From Psammoneis japonica (lineage: Eukaryota), in the NCBI GenBank assembly GCA_008632985.1, contig QPGO01000261.1:62001-84180 (forward strand): a stretch of 22,180 bases of DNA, read 5' to 3'. Positions 11,716-20,218 of this stretch are shown piece after piece. Position numbers and translations under genes: made by a program. Every line of letters begins with the position of its first letter. Positions within the stretch are counted from its first letter, which is position 1. The notes under the pieces were generated by a model that had not been told where the DNA came from, ran no database searches, and worked only from the letters and a program-made list of their open reading frames with translations.

Positions 11716-11957
11716 TGAGTAAATTGTGATGTGTCATGTGGAGTCTGGTGTGCTGTTGCACATTGGACATCAGTGATGGCTGGAGCTCAGTCAACCGTTG
11801 TGATGTGGTGTTGAAGGGAAACTTGATGGGTCATCCTCCAATGGCACTCACTTGTTGCAAGCAGTTGCAACAGGCCTCAGAGCATCTTTGGAAACATTGC
11901 GTCATCATCACACTGGCGCTGTGAGTGGCTGAGCCATCATGCAGCTGGATTTGCTCA
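11716..11957 (+). repeat. LTR 3 of element B
   Basis: Starts TGAGTAAAT after CAAGAGGAC, ends ATTTGCTCA, and is followed by the TSD CGCT. Confidence 0.9.
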
Positions 11958-11961
11958 CGCT

Positions 11962-14050
11962 GAACTGCCTCTTTCCCACGCATCATTTGCTGACATTCTT
12001 TTGGATTTGAAGAAGTCAAGCACTCCAAACATTGCAAAGATTCCTGATGATGACACTGACATTGTGAAACAGGGGAGGGATGACACTCACCTTGCTTCCA
12101 TTCAACATGATCCATCTCTCCCACTGTCCAATGACACCCACCAAGACTTTGAACATTTTGACATGTCCCAACATCAACACTTGTCTCCATTGAATGCTGC
12201 TTGCATCTCCCCCATCCTTTCTCTGCTAGATCCTCCTGCCCAGTTTCCAACTGTGGATGCTCTGGTTCTCCCCATCAACCACATGCTCAGTGATTCTGTG
12301 ACACATCATGCACAGATTGACATGGGTGCTTGGGTCTCATGTGCAGGGCACAAGAACCTTCTCCACGCTTGTGGACCTTTTGGTCCTGACAACCCATGTC
12401 CCTTGAAGATGTTGCTTGCAGTTGAAGGATCTGATGCAGTGCCTCATGGCTTTGGTTGCTTGCAAGCACCTGCAGACAATGCAGACAGCTTTCTCCTTGT
12501 GTGCACCTTTTGCCATCCAAGTCTGCATTCTACCTTGATCAATGAATGTGATTTTGGATGAGCTCCTGGTTTGCCAAAATTAGAAAACATTGCATCTGAA
12601 GTCATCCAGAAGACATGTGCTGACAGTGCTTGCATGTGTGCAGCAACAACTGCTGCCAATGCACCCCCAGCAGTTGCTCATGGTGTTCTCTGGCATGGCA
12701 AAGTTTCCACCCAAGCGTTGGTCCCTCCTTCCATGACACCCACACTCCCAACACCACTGGCATCTCTTTGTGATTCTGCCACTGATTTTGAAGATGCATG
12801 TCCTTCCATGACACCCACACTCCCAACACCCCCAGCATCTCTTTGTGATTCTGCCACTGATTTTGAAGATGCACGTCAGTGTGCAGCATTTTATGTTGAT
12901 GTTCAACAAGAATCTGGAACAGACCCCTTGGTCAACACTGAGCTCTTTTTGATGCAATGCCACTCTACACCATCACCCACACCAGCCCTCCATGTTTCAA
13001 CTCCTGTTTGGTCATTGAAGGTTGAGACTGAACATCTTCCATGGCACCAGCATCTTGGTCATCCAAGTGATCATCACTTGTGCAATGCTCACAAGTGCAT
13101 CAAAGGTGTCCCAAAGTTCCCCCATGAATGATCAGCTCTCAATGCTTGTCCAATGTGCATTCAAGCAAAACAGGCCTCTGAGAATGAGGATTGTGCATCT
13201 GACTGTCTTGGGTTTGATGGCGAAACTTGTTAGATGGCAGTGTGTGTGCACCATTCCTGCGCATTTCATGGTGCAGCACAGGTCTCAAAAAAGCCAGCCC
13301 TTTCAAGTGGCTTTGCCAATTCCTGGACTGACATTTGCCAAATTTTATGACAAACATGCATTTGTGGACCAAGGTGGAGAATTGCACAAGAGTTCAAAAG
13401 TTTGTGACCACTTCCAACACAAAATCTAGCATGACTTGTGTCCTGCAGGTGCTGGAACATCCAGTCAATGTGGACCTGTTGAATGCTCACATTTGACTGT
13501 TGAGAATGCAGTTCATGCATTTTTGATTGTTGCCAATCTTCCAATTTGATTTTGGCCCTGTGCTTTTTGTCACTGCCTGCAAATCAAGAGTGCTGCTCCC
13601 ACCAAAGATCAAGATGCAGCACCCATCACACTGTTGCCACTGGCAAGGTTGATGACTTCACTGCTCTGAAGACTTTTAGCTGCCAAGCATGGGCACTGCA
13701 ACCATCAGAATTGTCCAGCTCAATTCAAGACAAATTCCAAGAAAGGTGTCTTCCTTGGTCATCTCCCCAACACTTTGAAGAATGTCTCATGGTGAGATCC
13801 AGTGACTGACAAGGTCAAAACAGTGAAAAACGTCCACTTTGATGAGGGCATGAATGACTTGCCATCAGATCACCTCTGCCCAATGCTGCTCATTTGCAAT
13901 GCATGGAAAATGGCCAAGAATGTCTTCCAGCTGAAACCCAGGAGACCACGGTTCCCATGTTCACATCACCCTTGAATCCTTTTGCCAAGACTGTTGCATG
14001 TGCCATGAAATGCCCTCCAAAGGATCCCACCTGTGGTTTTGTGGTGAAAT
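11962..14050 (+). mobile_element. Outer copia element A, degenerate protease and integrase (truncated before RT)
   Basis: Protease HAQIDMGAWVSC (DTG->DMG at 12319-12327). GAG-pre-integrase WHQHLGHPS..GVPKF and CPMCIQAK. Integrase core AFVDQGGELH, SSQCGPVEC and FWPCAF. SH3-like LKTFSCQAW..KGVFLGH..VHFDEGMNDLP. Confidence 0.88.
12727..12873 (+). repeat. 75-bp in-frame tandem duplication (2 units)
   Basis: Units start at 12727 and 12802 and encode PSMTPTLPTP(L/P)ASLCDSATDFEDA. Confidence 0.95.
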
Positions 14051-14364
14051 GCAAACTGAGTCTGGTGTGAAATGGCGGAAGCTCAGCTCCCTGATGTGAA
14101 AGAAGCAATGCGGTCCACCAAGATCAAATGGTTGTGTGATCCCAGGCCAGTCATGAGCAAAAAGGTGCAGCACCCTGGTCTGCTGTCAGGCACAAGACAT
14201 GCCAGTCTGTGTGGAGCTCCAGGTGGCTCAGACTCAGGGGTGAGTCAGCCAGGTGGTGCAGTTGCTCTCCATGGGTGGGCTGGTGGCAGCACTCTGGCAT
14301 GCATGGAAGCAAGCTGCAAGCCATGCCCCATGGCAGCGCAAGGGCTGGCCAATGCCCAAATTGA

Positions 14365-15400
14365 TCAACGCACACATTGACTCACTCTTTGGCTGAAAAG
14401 GGGCCCAAAACACTGAGGTGGCTCCTGTTTTCCAATGAAGCAACAATGTCTTTCCTTCAACACATCCAGCTTTCTTAAATTTCCCATCTTCCAACTTGTT
14501 CCAACACACTCCTGCTGCTTGCACTGATGATGTTCTGCACCCTGACATTCTGGTTCTGCATTTCCTTGTGGGATGTCAACATTGTGCCCATCAGGTGCAT
14601 CAGTTGTTTTGATGCTTTCATCATGGCGACCATTTGGTTGACAAAAATGTGGACCAAGCTGACTGCCAAATGCACTCATGATCTTGCACACTTGATCCAC
14701 AAAATGCTTCATGTGATCAGCCACCAAGCCAAGTTTTCTCTTGCACAGCATCACTGTGCAGACCATTTGCTGTCATTAGCTCCATTGCCCAGCCATTGCT
14801 GACAACTCTGCTGCCCAATTCAAAGAACTCCAGATTGTGGCAAGTCCATTCTTTCTTGGGCCTTGCTTCAATGGTTTCATGTTTGAAGAATTGTGCCAAC
14901 TTTAAAGCATCACCGACAACTCCATTGTTGTCTTGCACTGACCCAAATTGAAACCTCTTCTTGTCCATGGGCCAATTGCTGGCATGTTCTGCAAGAGGTT
15001 CACATGTCTCAGCAATCCATGCCACATGTGGGACAACCTGATGTCAACATCCTGCCCACACAGAAGACATCATTTGTGGTCAATGCAAAATGAAATTTGT
15101 TGCAAAGACATCCTGCGATCATTGCCATGGCACATTCTGTCAGGTTGGCCTCATGGCAGAATCCTGGCTTGTGACATTCAAGTCTTTGGATGCAGGCTTG
15201 ACCTCCAATGAGCTGCCAACATTCCTTGGTTTTCTGTGCTGCTCTTGCATGGCCCTGAACTGTGGCCATTGTCTCCTCTCCATTGTCAAATGAGGAGATC
15301 ATCAGTGCAGCAGCCAGTGGGCAGGAATCCTGTGAGGCTTCCCACACTTGCCTTGGATGCTTGTGCAGCTGTGGGTTGCCTGCAAAGAGTCGACTGTGCA
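14365..15400 (-). pseudogene. Unknown protein family relic, copy B
   Basis: Paralogous to 15440-16690: AAQKTKECWQLIGG / MIAGCLCNKFHFAL / SGCPTCGMD / FQFGSVQDNNGVVGDALKLAQFFK..EARPKKEW..LEFFEL / VQAAGVCWNKLEDG. Confidence 0.6.
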
Positions 15401-15439
15401 ACCTTCAAACCAGTGACACAACAATGTGATGTGATGCAA

Positions 15440-16690
15440 TTGCACCCAATCAACAATCCTGATGTGCCAAATGATTCACACTCCAAAGAGTGAGAACAAC
15501 AAAACAGATGTGTGTCCAATTGGCAACAATGTTTTTCTTTGATGTCAACAAGTCACCACATCTTTTGGCATGGCAGAAGCTTCAATGTCTTTTCTTCAAC
15601 ATGTCGGGGTTTCTCAAGTCCCCATCTAACAACTTGTTCCAACACACTCTTGCTGCTTGCATCAATGATCTGGCATTTACATCTTGGCTTTGCAGCAACG
15701 TTTGGGATTAAAATTTCCCCAAACGATCCTTCCCATGTTGCGAGCACTTCAGTTCTATCAACATGGCAATTCAGCAATTCACACACCAGTGCTCCACACC
15801 TTTGTCATTGAAGTTAAGAAGCACATCGAACTCATTTGTCATGCATCCCACCACATCAACAAAGCTCTTCACATGGGCACCATGTGAGCCATCCTTGCAC
15901 TTCATGATTGTGCGGACCCATGTCACTGACAAAGCCTGTCATCCATTCATCAATTCTCCATGGATGCAGCTCACAGAATTCCATCTTGCAACAGCCCCAC
16001 CTTTGTCTGGGCCTCAGTTCAACCACTTTACACTGGAAAAATTGTGCCAGCATCAAAGTGTTGAAGACAACTCTGCTGTCATCTCTCACCAAACCAAACC
16101 GCCAATGTGTCTCATGGTCATGTTGGTTGGGTGCACACTCCATCAAGAGCTCACATGCCCCACATGCATCCATGCTGCAGGCAGGGCAGCTCACTGTTGA
16201 CCATTCACTGAGTTGGTTGATGTCTTCCTTGTCAAGGGCAAGTCTGAACTTGTTGCCCCTTGCTCCTGCCATCATGTTCTCATCAAACTTCTTCTGAGGA
16301 AACACACCATCATTGTCACAACAGCAAGTGCACACCCAATGCAAGGCTTTGCCTCCAACCATTTGCCAATGCTCCTTGGTCTTGTGTGCCTCTCTCACAC
16401 ACTCCACCATTTTGCACCACACCTGTGTTCCTTCTCCAAACATGGAGATCATTGGTGCAGTGGCAGACATGTGCTCACATGCATCTCTTGTCCTCTCCTT
16501 CCTGCAGCCATGTGTCTTGCACACTGTCTTAAATCTTTCTGTCCACAGCTCGTGCCACTTTGCTTCAAGCTCCTTTTTTCTCATCTGGCACTCCGGTGAA
16601 GTGATTCCATCCAAACTTTCTGTCCTCAGCAAATTCCAGCAACAACAACCTGAAATCTGCCAACTCCCATCAGACATGCAGGTCACCAGG
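15440..16690 (-). pseudogene. Unknown protein family relic, copy A
   Basis: EAHKTKEHWQMVGG / MMAGARGNKFRLAL / VSCPACSMD / WRFGLVRDDSRVVFNTLMLAQFFQ..ELRPRQRW..MEFCEL / MQAARVCWNKLLDG..CFVVLTLWS. Confidence 0.6.
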
Positions 16691-17103
16691 TGTTGTCATG
16701 CACATGCTTTCCACAAACAAGCTGTGATCTTCCAGTGCCTTCTGGCAGTCTTGATCTTGGCATTTCTTTTTTTTTGGCTTCCAGCAGTTTGCTCAACACC
16801 TCAAACTTTTCCAAATGCAGCCTCAGCCACTGTCATGAGAGTGCATTGTGCACCTCCTAGAAATCTTGCACTCTGCCTGGCTCATCAGGCAGCAAATTGG
16901 TGTCGTGAACAGCAGTTGACATCATGGTCATGGCCAAATCAACAATTGTGATTGGTTGAGCCATGTGGATGAACACAAAAACAAAACCAAAATTCCATCT
17001 TTAAAGTGCTGCTGCACTTCCACCCCGCAACTCCGGCAACAAGCTGGCCCACACCCCCAGCACACTGACAGTGCGGCAGGAGCATGTGGCAATTGGCCAA
17101 GAT

Positions 17104-17127
17104 CGGCATCGTCCGCAGACGATGCCG
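17104..17127. repeat. Perfect 10-bp inverted repeat (hairpin)
   Basis: CGGCATCGTC-CGCA-GACGATGCCG. Confidence 0.85.
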
Positions 17128-17253
17128 TGCCAAAGTGACATGTGAATGAACACATCTTCTGGACTCAACACATCATTGCAACTTCTGGGTTGCAGGGTTC
17201 TTTCACCCACACACATCAGCATTCTTGTGTCACAGACAGGAGAAACTCTCCTG

Positions 17254-17853
17254 TCACACTTGACAGCCCATGATGGCTTGTTTGAACTTTTGAAGCTTCT
17301 TGCCCTTCAATGGCTCAGTCATGAAGTCTTGAACCATGTCATTGGCAGGACATCACTCCACTCTGAGACTGCCTTTCTTGAGCTGGTTGGTTGCAAAAAA
17401 AAAGTTGACTGTTGAGTGCTCTTGACCTCTTGCATGCACTCTTGCGCCCGCCAGCTTCCAGAAACATGGTGCTCTGTTGAACTGCCTCACTTTCTTTTCC
17501 TTGTGGCAGCCTGACTTGTCTGCTGCTGGCACCACCATGTCAATGTTGTTCTCAATGTTAGCCTTTTTGCACTGAAGCTGTTGCAAGCCATGTCTTCAAT
17601 GGACCTTGCCAGATGTGTGCCTTGAGTGCACTCCTTCTGCATGCACCTCACACAATCTTTTCCTTGACATCTTCAAAGGTTGCATTCCAAGAATTGCTGC
17701 TCAGTGATGAAGGGCAAAACTTCATCTCAGATTGAAAGCCTTTCTTGGCAGTGGTCTTCTCCTTGCTTGAGAGGACCTGTGACTTTTGTCACCCTTTCTG
17801 CGACCACATCATTGGCCTTGGTTGTTGCTTCTGCTGCTTCTTCTTCTGCTCAT
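17254..17853 (-). mobile_element. Mini copia element C: gag N-terminus joined to RNase H C-terminus
   Basis: ATG at 17853 (MSRRRSSRSNNQGQ), then EMKFCP..ATFEDVKEKIV (gag-like start). After ~17480 it reads SAMFLEAGGRKSACKRSRALN..FFATNQLKKGSLRVE*CPANDMVQDFMTEPLKGKKLQKFKQAIMG, the copia RNase H end (KHIDIR/ADxxTKPL region). A 9-bp-stem hairpin at 17235-17255 overlaps the stop. Confidence 0.78.
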
Positions 17854-18079
17854 GTTGCAGGCCCTCTGTGATTTGTTAACTGCAGGTGGCAAAAAATTGA
17901 CAAGCACCAACACAGTTGTGATGTTGACTCTTTGGGGTGAATGTTGAACCAGCAAGTCAATGGCACCAAACCAGAATTCCACACGGCTTCCTGTGCTCTT
18001 GTTGTTCTTGCTTTGGCTGCTTGTGTGGCTGTGGGTTGCCTTCAAAGCCGTCTGTGCAAATTTCAAACTTGGAATGTAA

Positions 18080-18290
18080 CAGGTGCCCAAAGATGCCAAT
18101 GCAATGCAATCATGTTTTCTTGACAAACCAAATGAATTGCTCCAAAGATTGAGAACAACAAAACAGACAGAATCAGACCAGTGATGGTGCATTTTTCCTC
18201 TCAAAGAGTTGCAGCATCCACCATGCAAGGAGCAACAACATCTTTCCTTCCACTTGTTCCAACAAGACTTCACACAAATGTCATGTCAAC
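18080..18290 (-). pseudogene. Unknown protein family relic, C-terminal fragment (copy C)
   Basis: SCWNKWKERCC..CFVVLNLWS. The DNA CTCCAAAGA..GAGAACAACAAAACAGA is shared between 18140-18167 and 15481-15508. Confidence 0.55.
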
Positions 18291-19796
18291 ATCAACCTTT
18301 CTCTTTCTATGAACACATGGGAAGAGGAGTCATTGGTTTGCAAATTGCTGAAATGAAGCTCAAAACACATGAGGACACTCATGATTCAGGCAAAACAGCC
18401 TAAAACCCAAAAAACCAAGAGCAGGCGAGGGCTGTTGTATTTTCTGCTGTTGGTCAGATCTCATCACTTCCTTTTTGATCTAAAGGCCCTTCACACAAAG
18501 AGAAAATGGCCAGCTCATTGCTGCCACCTGGCACTGTTGCCATGATGAGCACTTGCAATGGCACAGATGTGCCGGAGGCCAGTGCTGCAGCTGCTGGGGA
18601 TCTGCCACTCTGACTGCAATGAAGAGCAAACTCACCACCACCAGAGATAATTTGCCCTTGTTGCTTTGCCACAGACCAGAGAGGACATGCCATTGTGGTG
18701 CACACAAAACATGTCCAAAATCACCTTTGCAAGTCTCCAGCCCACAAACTCACATGTGAGCCACCCTCAACTTGCCTCAACAATGCACCCATGCACAGCC
18801 ACAGAGCTGATTTGGTTGAACAAGCCCTTTGATGAAGATGCAATCACAGAAGTCATTGTTGCTCCACAGCAACAAGAGGTGACAAACAATCTGTCAGCCA
18901 CACTTTTCCCCTGCTGAGCAAAGAAAAGTGCAGGCATTCTTGGCTCACAGCCCAGAGAGTGTGCTGTCATTTTCTTTCATGTCAAATGTTGAGTCAGACA
19001 TCCAGTCCAAAGACCATTTCTTCTGGTGCATTTTCCATGGCATCACTTTTTCTGTCTTTTAAGCTGTGCCAATCCTTGTTGCCAGAGACCTTGGGAGTGA
19101 GATGGACTTGGATTCCTGCAACAAAATGATCAGCCTGCAGCATGAACCTTGCATTGCTGAGTGCTTTACATCCTGAGGCTGAGGACTTGTGGGAGGAGCA
19201 GGTTGGGAGCACATCATCTGTCCTGATGCAGCAAGTCAGTTGTGCTGGACATTGAGTTGTGCAAGGACAATGACATTGGGTGTGGCCAGATTGCAATAAA
19301 GTAGCAAGGACCATAATAGCAGAGAAGTATGGAATCGTTCTCTTCTTTTCAATTTATGGTGAATGTAAACAGTTCGTTGTGTTTGCGAGTTCGTCGAAAG
19401 GTTCTTCAATCAAAGTGTACCCACGGCAGTAGTTCCGAGCTTAGCGACTTTCTCTACATAGCTCTGGCGTTGCAAGGACCTGCGGAAAGTATAGTTCAAA
19501 GTTCCGTTGGCTCGTATACAAGCGCGATTTTTAAAAGTGGTATTCTGAAAGCTAATAAAAAAAGGTAGCCGTCCTGAATGCTGTGCCGAGAAGAAAGATG
19601 CTTTAGATACTGCCTCTAAAAGTTGAAATTAGAAAGGTTGAAGAGTCTTTCATTAGGCCATTCTCTCTTCACCCTCTAGTGTTGAGTTAAGCTCAAAAGC
19701 TAGCTCTAGACAGAGAGACAGAGGAGCAGGTGTCGATCGGTCGATCGATTACTTTAGCGTTGCTACGCATCCGCACTGCAGCGCCGGCGTAACAGG

Positions 19797-20180
19797 TTAG
19801 CCACACAATGTGAACTCTACACAAGCTTTCCAAGCTCGAGTCAATACCCGGAATCTCTTGCTACCCCCGGTTCTCTTCGACGTACTGTAATGCATTAGCT
19901 TGTCTTTCAGTACAGTGCATCCCAATCTGATCGGTCTGGCCATAGTATCTCCACCAAATAATATGCCGGGTGCTCCGTCCGAGACTTGCACCAATTGATC
20001 TCCTTTACAGCTGTGGTGCGAATTTATTTTATTGACTTTCAGTATTATCCAAAGATGTGGCAGCACAGCAAATTTCCTGGCACCGACGCATCATAAAGGT
20101 ATTAAGATCCACAACACCGTAATAACACTCTCGAAAACAAGAGGACAGCAAAACCAAAGCATTCGAAGAGCTATGTGTAA
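19797..20180 (-). pseudogene. Degenerate partial duplicate of the TIR/C-terminus of the adjacent gene
   Basis: THSSSNALVLLSSCFRECYYGVVDLNTFMMRR vs AHTCTHAVIILSPNFRESRYCVMELNTFMMRR; LPHLW vs LSYLW; LKDKL..YVEENR vs LKDELVRYVEEHR. Contains stops and frameshifts. Confidence 0.85.
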
Positions 20181-20218
20181 CTTTCATTTTCACCAGCTCT
20201 GCGGTGCTATCCTTATCA

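Larger units (their letters stand above)
6240..11957 (+). mobile_element. Nested non-autonomous copia element B as an LTR-internal-LTR-internal-LTR tandem (period ~2.74 kb)
   Basis: Three ~245-bp LTRs and two near-identical internal regions (e.g. ORFs 6697 and 9436, offset 2739). The termini TGAGCAAAT/ATTTGCTCA are a perfect 9-bp inverted repeat, flanked by the direct repeat CGCT (6236-6239 and 11958-11961). Confidence 0.93.
2930..19296. other. TpA- and CpG-depleted, TpG/CpA-enriched hypermutated domain of TE and gene relics
   Basis: No TA at all in 2930-3852 and only about 50 TA by eye in 16.4 kb. TA is common before 2929 and from 19297. ORF translations here are almost Tyr-free and rich in Cys/His. 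Confidence 0.95.

Noticed and set aside
14050..14365. Separate element or gene after the truncated integrase
   Set aside because: No recognisable motif, terminus or repeat partner, so it is left unannotated.
2930..19296. Dozens of overlapping 60-350 aa Cys/His-rich ORFs in all six frames
   Set aside because: An artefact of TpA erasure: TAA/TAG stops are lost and Tyr/Arg become Cys/His. They are not real metal-binding or antisense proteins.
2930..19296. Classical fungal RIP, or ADAR/APOBEC editing during retrotransposition
   Set aside because: RIP raises TpA. Editing of the retro-intermediate would be strand-biased and would largely be shared between LTRs, but here both directions occur, LTRs differ, and non-retroelement DNA is affected.
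19730..19750. TCGATCGGTCGATCGA quasi-palindrome and adjacent GA-rich tract
   Set aside because: Short and low complexity, with no supporting context.
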